Assembly: GCF_964194025.1 (NCBI RefSeq)
Contig: NC_134481.1
Span: 31,062,001 to 31,126,000 of the forward strand
From: Convolutriloba macropyga
Taxonomy: Eukaryota
Reading direction: 5' to 3'
Length of the DNA stretch: 64,000 nucleotides
A model generated the notes under the pieces. It saw only the letters and a program-made list of their open reading frames with translations. It was not told where the DNA came from and ran no database searches. This document shows positions 13,701 through 28,700 of this stretch, piece by piece. The position numbers and the translations under genes are program-made. How positions within the stretch are numbered: the first letter of the stretch is position 1; each line of letters starts with the position of its first letter.

Positions 13701-16700
13701 AAACACGTTTATGTGGACAGATAGCACTACTGTCCTCCAATGGTTGAACTCACTGGACAAGCAACCGATATTTGTCGCAAACCGCGTCTCGGAGATTCTT
13801 GAAGGGACAAGTGTTGATCAATGGCATCATGTTGCATCTCATGCTAATCCAGCCGACGCAGGTACCAGAGGAATGTCTTCTGAAGCGCTCCAAAAAAGCA
13901 GTTGGTTGCATGGTCCCCAGTTTCTCCGAACGTCCGATTTCCCGTTCCAGCCGAATACCTATGTAGTCAAAAACATCAAATTGAAGAGTCATTCAACTGA
14001 AGCATCCCCTTCAGAGAAGACTTCCACTTTGATAACCGACGTTTTCAAAAGTGACTTTAGCCTTCCGTTCCGTAAGTTCAGTTCGTATCCTAAACTGCTT
14101 AGGATTCTTGCGTATTGCATGCGATTACTTCCTCGTCATCTCGCCTATCGGTCTTCTGGAAAGGAAATAGTTGATCCGGAAGAACTTAGCGCTGCAGAAC
14201 AAAAGCTGCAGTTAATTATTCAGTCTGAATCATTTCCCATTGAGCGACAGCAGCTTGCTCAAGAAAAACAAATTAACATGAAAAGCCGTATTGCCGTTTA
14301 CTCGCCGTTCATTGGACCTAGTGGCCTACTACGGTCCGCCGGTCGCATTAAACGACTCGCCGAAATTGACTTTGACTTGAAGCATCCAATAATACTTGAT
14401 GGACGCCATCCATTAGTTCTGTTGTTCCTACGCCACATGCATCTGAAACATCACCATGAAGGTATCGATTATCTCCGTGCACTTATCCAACAAAGATTTG
14501 CGCTCCTGAAACTTCGTTCAACACTCCGTTCTATTCGCTTCAGTTGCGTTCTTTGCCGAAAAAGAAATGCAACACCCGTCCAGCCGATGATGGCTGATCT
14601 TCCGTCTGAACGACTTGGGTTTCAGAGTCCGCCTTTCACCAACGTGGGTCTAGATTACTTTGGACCTTTTTACGTAACGATACGCCGCTCATCTGAGAAA
14701 AGATGGGGCTTCTTGTTCACATGTCTCACGACTCTTGCCGTGCATGTTGAGATAGCGCACTCGATGGATGCAAACACCTGCGTGATGGGTATCGAGCGAT
14801 TCATCGCACGCCGTGGAATGCCATCAGTAATCTGGTCAGATAATGGGACGAACTTTGTCGGTGCAGAAAAGGACCTATTGGCATGTCTGCTCAATTGGGA
14901 TGCAAAATTGATAGCTTCAAAACTCGCACAGAAGGGAATCAAATGGAAATTTAATCCGCCTGCGTCGCCGCATCATGGAGGCGTCTGGGAAAGGCTTGTG
15001 CGTAGTTTCAAGCGAACTTTGTACGCCATACTCGACAACCGCCGACTTACTGATGAAATACTTCATACGACTTTCTGTTTAGTCGAACAGACGCTGAATA
15101 ACCGCTCGCTGACGCCGGTTAGTTCCGACGCTAACGACTTCGACGCCTTGACGCCGAACCACTTCCTCCTTGGAAATCGCAGTTCCTGTTTGCCTTCACT
15201 CGCTCCGGTTGATGACTTTAACCATCGTAAGAGGTATGCTAGAGCGCAAGCTTACGCGAATGAGATTTGGAAGCGTTGGTTAAAAGAGTACGTCCCTGCG
15301 TTGAACCGCCGCCCCAAATGGAGAACTCAACCAACCGGAATGCTGAAAACTGGCGACTTAGTCTGGATAGTCGATGACAACAGCCCAAGGGGCCACTATC
15401 CGCTCGCTAGAGTTTCGAGTCTGCGTTACGGTAACGATGGAATTGCGCGATCTGCCGAAGTGCAAACACCAAACGGCACCCTATCCCGCCCCGTAATTAA
15501 TCTAATGCCTGTCTTAGAATCATCACTTTTGGGGTCGGAGGATGTTGCCAATGCAAATGCGTTCAAGCGAGAGGAAATAACATGTGCGTTCGCACAGATT
15601 GTTCTATAGCCCATTTCGCCGAGCGGTTAAGACCTCTGGCCCGCGCCCCAGAGGTCGCTGGTTCGAATCCCGTCAAAGTCAGAACTTTTTGCCCCCATAA
15701 AATTTTGTTTATGGTTTTTAGGTTAAACTTAATAGGTTTTTGACCCCTTTTTGACCTTCAACTAGAGATCAAAGATACGTTTGGCGGACGACCTTCTGGT
15801 TGTCTAATGCAGTAAAAAACATGCGGTTTTCTCTCGTATAGAGAGCTTATGGTTTTTTGTGTGTTATCGGAGGTAGTGTTATTGTCTTGTACATTCGAGA
15901 TACGCTTGTTACACATGTTTCTATACGTAAATAGATCATGAAAATTTCTTCGTGAGTTTGTCTATGTCCCGATACATAGTAAAGCCTTACAAATTGAGTC
16001 TTGAATTTTATATACTTTTTCTTTCAAGAAATATTCAAACTTATTTACTCGATACGAGAACGAGGCACAACACTTTTCAAAATGTCCAATTTATTTCTGT
16101 GTACAAACTATACAAGAGCACTCAGTTTAAATTCAAGGTCGAATGCCCTGAGAGAATGTTTCCAACGAAATTGTTCATGTTCTTCCTAGAAATGGAACAA
16201 CAAAAATATTTTTCATCAAAAAAAAGAAGTTTCAAAAATAGAGTCACTTACATTTTGGGGTGCAATACAATCAGATGGACGGAATCCACCTGTTAGATGT
16301 CCAAATAATCCCAAAGCTTAACATTACCTAGAAATTTTTAGAAACCAACAAAAAAAAATGGTTTTTTTTTCGAGACCCTGATTTTCAACTAGCGTACTGT
16401 CATTGATTTCGTACAGAAAAAAGATTTCTTGGAGTTGCCTGCCTTTAGTTCGGATTTTAAAACAGTTAAAATTTCGTTGATCATTTTGAAGCAGCAATTT
16501 ATAAAAACGGGTAATTAGTTGTGTAAATTTAGAGCGTAAAGTGTCAGAAATTCGGATTGATTTTTTAAACAGATGTTGTTGCAAGCATGTATGATAACTT
16601 TATGAAACTGTCTGCTAGAGTCTCAGAGAACTAAACGCGCAATGATTGGTTAGTAAAGAACTGGTTTGAACTCAGATGTTCTTTCATTTGATGTTTGTTG

Positions 16701-19700
16701 AAATATTCAAAATTTCTTCTCGTGTACGTAGCCTTATGGTACCATGGGGTATCAGAGTTTTGATCTTGTTCATTTATACTCAGTTGTTCATTCAAACTCA
16801 GTTTTGATGTTCTTTTTTGATATTGTTCATTGTCCATTCGACTATAAAAATTATTATATCAAATAAATAGATTGCACAAATTACAAATTTAAAGAACCGT
16901 GAATAAAGAAAATTTGGAACGGATTGAGATTATCATAAAAAATATTGCGATAAACTGCAGTTCTGCGTCATAATAAATCAGTGCACTTGGCAACAACGGC
17001 AAAGAGGTAAGTTAACTACATTTTGAGGTATCAACGACAAATTTTCAGGATAAAAAGCGCCTCCTCGTGGAAATTTCATGCAATCAAAAAAACCTGCGTG
17101 CGGTGCAAATAATTAAGTTACCCACAACGTCGAGACAACTGAATTTTAAGAGCGAGGCCTCGACAGGCAAATTGTTGAATTTCAGACATAGCTTGCGGAA
17201 ATATAGTCGCCGATTGCTTTCGTTGGCCAAGGTTGAAAACGAAATCCAATAAGCGTGAAAAAATTGAGTTACGCTCAATTTTTGCAAGCTAGGAATTTTC
17301 AGTGTAAAATCTGGACAACAGTTGTCTTTGAACGAGCCAAAAAACTACACGTAGCTTGAATAATAAATTTTATTTCTGTCTCATTCTCACTAACATAGGC
17401 AGGTTTGTAAAGTAGGGTGGCTCGTCATCAACATCATTGACAGTGACTGTTACGGTAGCTGTGTTATAGGCCAGACCAGGTGGGCAACCATGAATTGACA
17501 AGTCTTTCACTCTCACCTAATACACAACTCACTAGAGTAGAAAAATAGATAAATTTACAAGAGCGTACGTAATATTTTGTCCGTTAACGAAATAATACGA
17601 GTAAAACTGCCCGACTCTAGTCAGCAATCGGACCTAAATTAAGTTCGTTTGGTCAAAAATTAGTTAATTAACCCGTAAAAGTCCAAAACTATTAAGATGT
17701 AACAATTTGAATTTTCTGTTTCTCGGCGAATAGTAAGTTCTTCAGCAAATTGAAAAAGGCTGAAGCAAATCTAGCAATCGAGCAAACTTTTTGAGTCAGT
17801 TTTTTTACGAACCAAAATTTCGATCTCGTAGCTATTCGACGAAATGGTCACATCTTCGTAGTCCAATACCACTCGATTGCGTATATCACCATTGGGCCCA
17901 ATGGCTAAGAAGTCATTCGGTTCCATTTGTTCAAAAGCTATCTGAAAGACGAAAGTTCAGTAAGCATAAAATTCTAAATTTTGTTTGTGTTTATTTACTT
18001 AAATATGCTACTGTTTTCCAAGATAGCTTGCTAACAACGTGATCAGTTTATGCCGATCAGTTTAAACAGTATATACCAGTTTATGATGTTCATGATATTT
18101 TCATTAGCAGCCAGCTCCGCTGCCTTTAATTAATATAACGGGAATTTGTGGAACTTGGCGAAAAGTGACAAAGACATTGTATGATTATAAATCAGTGTAC
18201 TCATTTCCTTTGTCGCCATATTCCACACTGTAAGGCCCTTTTTACATATATTGAGATAAGTTTTGTGGAATGAAAGAGGTAAACTGGAAGAAATCGTCCA
18301 CTTTATGTGGTATGGTCTCTGGCTCGCAAGAACTGACCTGTCCGTGATGATTTGCACTTGAATCTGTGTCGGTGGCTGTAAGTGTGGCTATCAGTGTGTT
18401 GATGCTTAATCCCTCATTTGTAGAGAAAGGTCCGTTTGCTACACAAATACAAATCTTGTCAAGTAGAATTATTTATTTGATACCCAAAAATTGTTTCAAA
18501 AACTATCTCTATACTGCGTTTTCGACCTTAATACTCGAAACGCCCGTGGCATGCACGAACAAATTTGGCTTGCAGTAAAATAATTGCAGTGAATAGTGGT
18601 TAAAAATATTCAGGGATCTTTTCAACAATTGCCTCCCCCCCTTTGGTCCCGAGTAGAGAATCGCCACCCCTTCTGTGCTATACCTTACCACGATATTACT
18701 TGGCCTACAGTTTAGATAGCCGAATATCAGTTTAAGCGCAATTGCGGACCGCTGTTCACGGCCATGCCTCTCACGCGCTGTGGGATGTAATCCGGAAATC
18801 GCGGGTCGGTTATCGCGGCGAAGCCGCGAAGCGCGCCCACCGACCCGCCAGTCGGAAATTCTTTTCGCTTTGTATTCCAGTTCGGCTAGTTGCCATACCA
18901 TGGCGTATTTTATTCAATTCAATTTAACATAGTATGCGCATGCGTGGAAATTTATTAGTCGTCTCTGATTGGTTAATAAATGGCTCGCTTAAATTCTATT
19001 CAAGAATAGCCCCCCCTTTTGCAAAAGGGGGGGCAATTGTTGAAAAGATCCATATTCAGTGAGGCGCCTGCAAGTATAAGCGGTGACTGAGATGAAAATG
19101 CAGAAGAATTTTTGTAAGAATTGCGCTGAATTTATCGGTAAAAATTGGTAAAATTTGGTAACACTTTCGTAAAATTTTTCAGCAGATTATAGCATGTCAT
19201 CATTTTGAAGTTTCCATTAAAAATATGGTTTCAGAATCGAATCTTCAGTAGTTTATATAGATATTAAAGAAATCAAAATTAATAGACTAATAGAAGTACA
19301 TTTGTGTTAGAGGATCAGTTCTACTATTAACTGAAATATGCACTATATACAGCATACTACTGCAATAGCAAAAAACTTCTGGAGAGAATAATTTTTCAAA
19401 TTCAATCGCTGAACAGCCTTCAAAAATTTTGTGTTAATTCTTATTTTGTGCTGGAAACATTTAGAATATACTATTTTGGGGAAAAACAGCCAATTCGGTG
19501 CTTGCTATATGTTTTAATCAAACCCTATCTTCTATAGTGCCCTCTATTTCTATCCCACAAACTTCTCTTAAGCTAGTCTAGTCCTGGATTTACTAAAAGA
19601 TCTTCCTCAACCGATTTAAGGCATAAAAAACTCTGCCCTCGAATGATTTTTAGTATGAAAAGAATTTGCATGGACTTCACGTGATGTCCTCAACTTTGGC

Positions 19701-22700
19701 TGGCACTAAAACAACCGTCCTCGACTTTGGCTAGACGATAAAACGCGACCTGGAATTTAGCTGGACAATGAAAATACAGGAATTGTTGGCAAAATACTGA
19801 AAATAACAGCAATGTCTTCGCGAAGCACGATCTCAATAATTCACTCGTAATATTTGCTTAACCAATTGACGAGCTAATGGTCGAATACAATTTTGTTTTA
19901 AAACCAACCTTTCGGGTATTTGTTTGCGTTTTAAATTTTACCTCGCAAATGCAAATTTCAGCAGTATCAAGAGCAAAAAAATCAGCAGTGTCAGCAGTAT
20001 CTGACGAACGATAATTGCCACTTTATTTTTTACTTGCACAAGTTTTTGGACAAACTTGTTTATTTGAGGAACCAATTAAACGGTGGGTTACAATCCAATA
20101 TATGATATGCATAAATAGCGTAGACAGTATAGATTGGAAAAGTGCCACTGATTATATTGTATCTTTGGTAGTCATACCTTCTACATAAACTTTGGTCTCA
20201 ATTGTGACGAAAATAATTTCATTAGAAAAAGGTTATAAGTCAAATAAGTCAACGGGCTCATTAGAGAAATCTTGGATCTATTCTGTTTTGCCCCCCCCCA
20301 GCTTAGTGACCATATATATTTTATGACCCCCAGGCGCACGTGCTATCTTCTTACATAGTAACGTGCTATAAAACAACTATATTTTGTTACTGGGGGTCAT
20401 AAAAAAACTGGGGGGGGGGTTGAAAAAGAATAGATCCGACATGTTTTAAGCAACCTCAGTCCACCTTAGCAGAACGCACGAATTTACCGCTCAGTCTATT
20501 GTTGATAAGGCAAGTGTCTTAGCTTAAAACGAAAACAAAAACAATTTACTTTTGTAAGATTTAGAAGCCAGTTTTTCTATTAGTTGTTTCGGATTTAAAG
20601 TTCCACTTTTGTTTTACGAACAATGTAATTGGGAATAGTTTTTTTCACTGCCAAATTAGATCGGGCTGATACAAATCACACAATACGGGATCTCTTTATG
20701 TATGCTGGTCTAACTTGATGAAAGATATAACAAATCGAAGGCAAAGATATATGCCAAGTGTTAATTTATAAAAGAAAAAAAAATAAAATTCCGTGCTTAC
20801 TAATTACCAATTGAGTAGTAGTTTTGTCGAGATGAGCAGGGAGGTGCTGATTTTAAGACTTCTTGTTGCGCGCTGATTACAAAAACTTAGAAAAATAGTA
20901 TGTTAAGTTGCTTAGTTTTGTCAGTTGTCAGATGGTTATTTACTGCTTAAACAGTACATTTTTCATGAGACATTTTATTTAAAATTTACTAGAAGGGAAT
21001 AAGGACCGTTTTCTGCGGTCTAGCTCATAACACTAATAATCTCACCCTGCTTCTTTTTCTCAATAATATCAGCGAAATATCGAGCCGATAGGGGGCGGAA
21101 AACCACGTTCACGTTCATAGTAAAAAATTTTCCTTATTTTCCTATTGGCCGAGAAATTGAGAGATTAAACTCTGCTCATCTCATGAAACTATTATTGTTT
21201 TTCCTTTAAAAAACATTAAAAAACGGGAGCTTTTGCGCCTGTTTCGTTCCTGCGTAGGCGCCTTAATTCTTCCCATTCTGCCTCTGTAACTTTGAAGTTT
21301 GTGGGGGAATTTATGGTTTTTCTTCAGATGCCCCTGCATTGCTTTTAGTAGTTCCCCTGAGTAGGAAAGGTCCGTCAAAGAGCAGGGAATTAGAGCAGTA
21401 TTAGCCTAGCTTACTCATATTTAGTTCTAGTTCTAGTTTGAATTTGGTCCTGGAAAATCCAGGCCAAAACTGTGGCTCGTTTATTAATAAAAAACGTAAA
21501 GGCTCAAAAATAAAATATTGTTAGCCTAAGCGCGCGTTAATTTGTTTGGTGGGCGCTAAGAGTACTCGTAGTTAACGCTTAAAAATACGTGATCAATTTG
21601 TTTTGCAGAATTAGTTATCTGTTCGTTCGCTTACAGCTGCTCTGTAATACTGCATCACCCTTTTAAAGTGTTTTTCATCATAGAAACACGATTTAATCTA
21701 AAATTTGCCTGGAGTTTCACAGTTTTTTCACAGTCAAAAACTTCTTGGTGTTTGACCTAGTAAAAATGAAAACAAAAAAAAGAATCTGTTACAAAACTAT
21801 AGGTCTCAAACGGCTGGTGGAAATCGCTGATCATGATAATTTTGACATTCCTTGTTTTACATGGATTTTGATTAAGGTCCTAGTAGATTTTTAGTATCTA
21901 CTTTGGGGTCATCTTGATCTTTTAAGAAATGTTTTTTGTAGCTATGTGTTTGTGTTGTAATCGCAATACTTGGATAGTACGAGAAAGTTTTTCGGGAAAC
22001 ATCAAATCTCTAACAAAAATTGATTTTGATATCTAAGCAGACTCAGCTACTGTGAAATGGATCCGGTACCGGATTCCAATTAGCATATCTTTTTTGCAAG
22101 CCTAGTTTGGTAACCCTTACATCAACTGGTTGCTTGCTATCGAATTTGGGCATTTCTTAAACGCCCTGGTTTTAACGAGAATCCAAGTCAGATCTGTTGA
22201 AGACTTTTCAAGTTGTTGTAAGATTGCCGTCGATAATTGACTGAACAAGCTACGGTTGCAAAATCAAAGCTTTGGGTTATAACTGATTTAACTAACAGAT
22301 CTTGCCCTGGTTGGCCCACTTTAGATACCATAATTAATACCATTTATGGTTCCATCCACGGAGGGCCAAATATTAATGTACGATCTTACCATGGTATCCA
22401 AGATACCATAAATAGTCAGGGGTATGATATCTGAGAAAGCAATTAATGAAAACTCTATGGCATCCAAGATCACCATTCATGGTAACTCTATGGTAGGCAA
22501 GATCACCATTAATGGTAATTCTATGGCATCAAAACCATTTATGGAAGGTTCATGGTATTTAAGAGAGCCATTAATGGTCGGCTTGTGGTTTCTAAGAAAG
22601 CCATTTTTGGTAGGTATATAGTTTATAAGAAAAAAATTGCAGGAGTAGGGTACTAAAAACACAGTAACTGGCGAGACTTTTGTATCATGGCCGAAAAAGA

Positions 22701-25700
22701 TGGCCAAAAAATGAAGTTGCACAAAAAAAGTTTTATGATTTTGGATGGGCCATAAAAGTCGATAGTCTTGGATATGGTATCCAAGACATCATAGAAAAAA
22801 ATTCTTTTTGTTGAAGGCCAGTGGCATCTACGATATAGTCGATGTACTACGTGATCCAAGAGACGTCATTTTAGATCAGCTTCAAGTTTTTTTGTATGGT
22901 CTTGTGTATGGTATCAAAGAAGCCATACAACCATACATGTCTTACGTATGGTTTTCAAGAAACATTTATGGTGGTCAACCCGGTGTGAAAATGTCCCGTA
23001 GGGTTTAAGTTCCAACCCATCTTACCATTCGTGAAGGTGGGCACAGCCTCGTTGACAGGTACACACGTGAACAAGGCATGAAATTCATCAGTTTGGACTG
23101 AGTCAGATGCTGTCACAATGAACTCTTCAAATCTAAAGGAAACATTCCTTAAGCAACGAAAGAACAGAAGAAATGGACAATTTTTTTAATCGGAAACCAA
23201 TTCTTTGGTATGGATAAAAGTTCAAAAATGCTGGTCTCACGTAATGTTGCTGATTTTTCATTTCAGCTAACCTTGAGGTCCTTCTGCTGTACGGCTACAA
23301 TCCAGCCAATCCAGTTTAAGACCTAGTCAAATGCCAATTGCGGTACCCCAAAACCAGTTGGTTTCTGAGCCAATGGTGCCCTGAGCTAGTCACAATTGGC
23401 CAGCTTTATGGATTATAGAGAGAATATAGTTATAAACGAATGAGAAGAAGGTAACATTTATGACATAACTCAACATGCCCTTAGCTCTCATGCCGCTATT
23501 TCGCTAATCACCTGGTCAAAATCAAGAGTGATATATATGGTTTAGAGCTATATATGCTTTCAGGCTATTTATAACGTTTGTCTGGCTATTTTTGACTTTT
23601 TTGTTGGCTATTTTTGACGTTTTCCCGGCTTTTTTGACATAGTTTTTGGACTATCTTTGACGTTTTCTAGCTATTTTGGGCAATTTTTAAGACCGTTTAT
23701 AAATGCCAAGAATTGGATTTAGACTTGTCGAGTCTTGGATAAGACATGCACAAGAGTGACAAGTTTAAAAAATTATACATTCAATCATAACTGATATTAG
23801 AGAGGCAATTAGACTTTCACGGTACTGATATTGACTTGCAGTTAGTTCCGGGCGCACAGTTTTTTCAATGGACAGACTCTAGTGTTAAATATGTAACACA
23901 AAAAATGGCGAACTGATCACTTTGGTATATATTGTGGACCAGCTTTTCTGTTGAAAAAATTTAGGGATTATGTCGAAGGTTATCTAACTACTGTTTGTTG
24001 GCTTAAAGCAATTTTATGCTTAAACAGCTAGCATTACTTTAGATTGACAGTTTTTTTTAAAATCTGAATATGCTTATCAAACTTCTAACGAACATTTGAA
24101 CTAACATTGGGAAATGTAGAAAAATTATTCTCACCAAGGTCATTTTCAAATCCAGTACTTTGGAAGAAAGCACTGTGATAATTTCAAAATAATCAGCAGT
24201 CCCGAAATTTTATCCAATATCTGACAATGTTAGCGGAACAGTGTTGGTCCCTAAACATATCATGAATTTCTTAGAGATGGAACCTATCAAAACTTTGTAG
24301 ACTCTCGTTTCATTAAACGATTGTCTCATCAGTTGTAATATTTTGAAAATTTCTAGCCCGGGTCGATTTTCAGCACTGAATGCGGTGAAAGCGGTGGAAA
24401 AAAGAGTTCGCTGCTAAGAATCGCAAATCGTAAAAAATAACCGCTATATTCATTAAATATCTTCACCGTAGAAAACGCTGCAAAAAAGTTTGTTATTCAT
24501 CCGTTTTTAGTTGCGTATAAGCGAATAAATTTTTCAAAAAAGTGGTTTTCAATTGGAGCAAGGATTTAGCCAAACGAGTTCAAACACTCATAGTCTGAGA
24601 TCCCTTATGTATGGTCAGTCTAAAACATCGAGTTGTTTTGGAGTATTTGTTCTAGAAAAAAAGTTCTATGTTCATCGGTGAAAGTGGTGAGGAGAAATAT
24701 CACGCATAAAAACCGCATATCTCGAACCAGTTTAATGCTAAAACTCAGTGTAAATTTCTTCGCGTTGAAAATTTGCAATATTCGCGGTTTTTAGCAAATG
24801 TTACAATATTTCAACGCATTTTTGTCTCATCATCACAAGAAACATCATAGAAGTTATGTGAAAGATGGAGCAGTGGAATAAGAGGATGTTGACATGCAGG
24901 AGGCGCCAAGTTGGAACACCTCGTACGGCATTTTCTTTTTTAATGAATTCCAGTGAATGCGGTGAAAACAAAAATTTCACCGCTAAAGACCGCAACTCTT
25001 AAAAAAAATTCACCGCTATAAACCGCAAATCTCACAAAAATTTACCGCTAAAAACAGAAAGTCGCATAAAATTGCACCCTATTCATCGCCATAAGATGCG
25101 GGCACTTTGCGTTGAAAAAAATATTCACTGCATTTCATACAATATTTCTTCGACAAAACCTCGATACGGGAGGAGAGTAGCAATGCCACCACTCTCACAT
25201 TTGACTAATCAATGCTTTGCCTTTACTAATTCTCCTCCGGTACAGAAATTGGCTTAAGAACCATTGTTGGAGGACGGCTCAAAAACGCTTCCAGGTTATT
25301 GTTATAAGTACATTTCTACAATACAAACAAAGTACACATAAGTATCCCGTTATTGGAGATATCTGTGTGCGAACTGTACCAAACAAGAATTTTACCAAGA
25401 AAAATATTCTTTAAGAACTGAAAGGAAATGTTTACAAAGGCAAATTATAAACTATGGCTCTCATTTCTGTAGCGGCGAACAATTTATTAGTATTAACCTG
25501 AGAGCATTATCAACAAGATCCGTCAACAGTTAAAAACGTTTCCAAAAAATTTCAAATTTAAATTATTTTTTCTTAGTTTTCCCTCCAATTAATTTATGTT
25601 TCGCTCAGTGTACTCACCGGATTTCCATTTAAGGAGAAATAGGTCTATTTGGGATGTCCTCCAGGCAGTTATATCTTACACTTGCTGTTTTATTTTACTT

Positions 25701-28700
25701 TCTGGCCATTTGTTAAGTCAATTCAATTTATTTATTTCATTTAACTGTTTTTCAGACTGTTTGAGGGATTCTGGGAACAAACGAAAGGCAAAGACTCAAT
25801 TGCGTGGGTACCATGGTGATTTGCGGATACCAGCCTGATCGTAATAAAATTTTCTGAGAATCGATTGAACTTAGAGCTGATTTCAACCATGAGTTCCCCA
25901 ACCAAGCATACCTTAACTTATTTGCATAAACCGATTTAATTTAAAAAGATAAAAAGACATTTCTTTTTTCAGACCTAACAGAGCAAATCTAGTGCAGCGT
26001 TCCAGCAGACAGGTATCTGACTTTAAAGCACAACCTTTTGTTTTAAACCACATTCCTGAAATTGAAAAAGGAGAGAAATTCGCAGGAGAACAAAAAACGC
26101 CTGTTTATGTGCCAGAAGCAGGTTTTAACGCTAGATTTTTGTCTATAAGTCAACATAACTAAAATTGAACAAGCCTTTTTCAATTTCAGCTGAAAGTCGA
26201 TTCGTATTGACGATTCTTATTGTTTATAGAACGCATGTTTTAGACAAAATTTATAAAACCTTAACATGTTTTGTAAACAAGCAAGCGCAGTTTTAAACTC
26301 AGAAAGGGTTCTCCATAGAACAGTGTAGGTTTATTAATAATTTTGTTGTTTTGTTTGTAAATTTTTTGCATCAATATGATGAAATATTGAAGTATACTAA
26401 CTCAACAGATGCGTCGAAATCCCAGATAGCTGCTGCTTGTATATCGACAGTACATGGAACATCTGGTGAAGATACAGAACAAGAAACAGCCGAGAGTTGC
26501 AACAGCGTCACTCCAGCATCCTAAACAGATTCGAACACCAATTTGAATTCGAGATGCGAATATAAAATAGTTTTTTAAAAACAATCAAAACTGTAACCCA
26601 TAAACCTTTTTTAAGTTTCAAATCGAAGCCTTCAGATCGTCAAGATCAGAATTTTGATGATGGTTCATGTTTTATCAGAAAAATGATGAATCAAAGCCCA
26701 TTATTAATTGATGACATAAAAATCTTGAAAAATTGATGACCCACGCTTTACTACATGCTTATGCGTCCGACAAACGTAATTATTGGCGCAAATGAAAGAT
26801 TAAGTCTTCTTCAAAATATTAGATCAAAACTAAAAAAAATTGCTGAGTTTGTTGAAACGATATTAAAACTAGACCATAGACCTATATTAACATGTCTTAC
26901 TGAAATATGGCTCAATGGTAGTTGCAACACACACTGTTTTGAATAACGTGGCTATCCGAATACTAATTGGGTGTAAAAGAGAAGCGAAAGGAGGAGGAGT
27001 TGCTACCTATATTCAAAGAATTAATTAATGGCATGAATTTTCTGGCTGCAAAAAAATTTATGTCAAATTTTTCCTGACATTTAAAAGTCAACAACAGGGT
27101 TGTCATATCACAAACACTTACCTGAAAGCCTACGTTCATAAAAAGTTTCACAGAAGTACTTCATGACTAACTCAAAAAAGTGAAAGAAAATCTGGTGATA
27201 TCAATTTCCTATGCGGCGATTCAATATCGGCCATAACAAACCATGCAGCAAATTAATAGGTTCAAAAATGTTCACTACGCGTCTGAATTGTTTAATTGTC
27301 AGCATAAAAGAAACATGCACTATTAAAAGCTGCTTTGATGAAATGTAGTAATGACTTTGAGACCTCAACCATCGAGACAACTATCACTGACCCATTTAGA
27401 TTCAAAACAACCCTTTACAGTGAAATCTGCGAAACATTTAATGATTCGTCACTTTTGAGAGACATGAAGAAGTCATCAACTCAAATCAGTTTATCCCTAC
27501 TAAACTAATCAAACCATTAAACTGCAAATAAGTTTGGCTGGATAAAGAAGTTAATAATTTACTTCACTGAAAAATAACCCTTATCAAACTTTGTTACGTG
27601 ACAAATCCGAATCAGGTAAATTAAAGTTCTATCGAATAAGAAACAAATTACAAATACTAATTGAAAAATATAAACGCATTTTTTTTATCAGGGAACAATG
27701 AATTCAAACGTAGGAGATAATTTAAAAGCTCGTTTAGAGAAGGTCAGGAAGTTGAGGGAAATTTCACAAGCCGCTTTAGGCATGGAGAAGATCATGGAGC
27801 CTATGGTTCTCCAATGATTCTCTTTTGCAGATGCATCTAATTGAACACCTACTTCCACAAATCACCATCAAATGATGAGATCCAATAGAACAAAAACTCA
27901 ATGTTATAAAGCTTTGTAAACAAAACAATATTGACGAAAATCATTCAAATATTGCCTAAAAAATTTTCATACGATAAATAGTTAATTATTAATTTAGAAA
28001 TGAGAATCCTAGAAGAAGACAATTGTTAATCCTTTCTTTAAATTCGGAAAATTTGACGATTTAAACAATTTTATGCGTATTTCTATGTTAACCACATCAG
28101 CAAAATTGTTGAAAAAAAAATGTTCTTTCGAATAAGCAGGTTTTTGACAAAAATAATCCCCCTTCTCTATAACAGTACGGTTGCAGAAGACAAATTTCCT
28201 TGATTAACGATCTAGTCAAGCTAGCTTCTGAAATGCAAAAGTCATGGGAAATGAATAATTTAACAGAAAGAGCAACATTTTCGGATTTACCGATAGGTTT
28301 TGATGCGTTGAAATATAAATACATGGTTAATGTACTGCTTGATCTGGGCTTCAGAGGACCGGTACAAGAACTCATGTCTTCCTCTCTATCAAATAAAATC
28401 AGAGAACTAGAATAGGTAGTCAGCTATCATCATGGAAAACTATTGTAAATGCTATGCCAAGAGGTTCAGTTCTGGGGCCTCTACTTTTTTTAAATATGAG
28501 ATCACTCAAATTTCCAATGGTTCTGACTCTATACTATTTGCCAATGACACAGTTTTCCTGCCGAAAGAAATGAATGAAGGAATACATTATCAGAAACGCG
28601 TAAAAAAATGACGCTGTCTCTTGGTTAATTATTAAATCCATGACAAAAATTGTAAATAAAAATACTGGCAGGTTTTTCAGTAGAGATAACAGAAGTAATG

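Larger units (their letters stand above)
10012..16072 (+). mobile_element. BEL/Pao LTR retrotransposon, recent insertion in a cadherin intron (antisense)
   Basis: Direct LTRs TGTTG...CAACA; 5-bp TSD CTTTT (10007-10011 and 16073-16077); PBS; PPT; gag with three Cys/His knuckles followed by PR-RT-RH-IN, the BEL/Pao arrangement. Confidence 0.97.

Noticed and set aside
15952-16296. 114-aa ORF starting in the 3' LTR
   Set aside because: Copy of the LTR frame running by chance into AT-rich host intron; no motifs.
22237-22722. Short ORFs with repeated ITINGNSM; CRISPR-like periodicity
   Set aside because: Degenerate minisatellite without unique spacers; eukaryotic context.
23272-25644. Exon-like minus-strand patches at about 23272-23332, 24134-24250 and 25618-25644
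   Set aside because: Phases do not fit the cadherin chain or they contain stops; the chain is complete without them.
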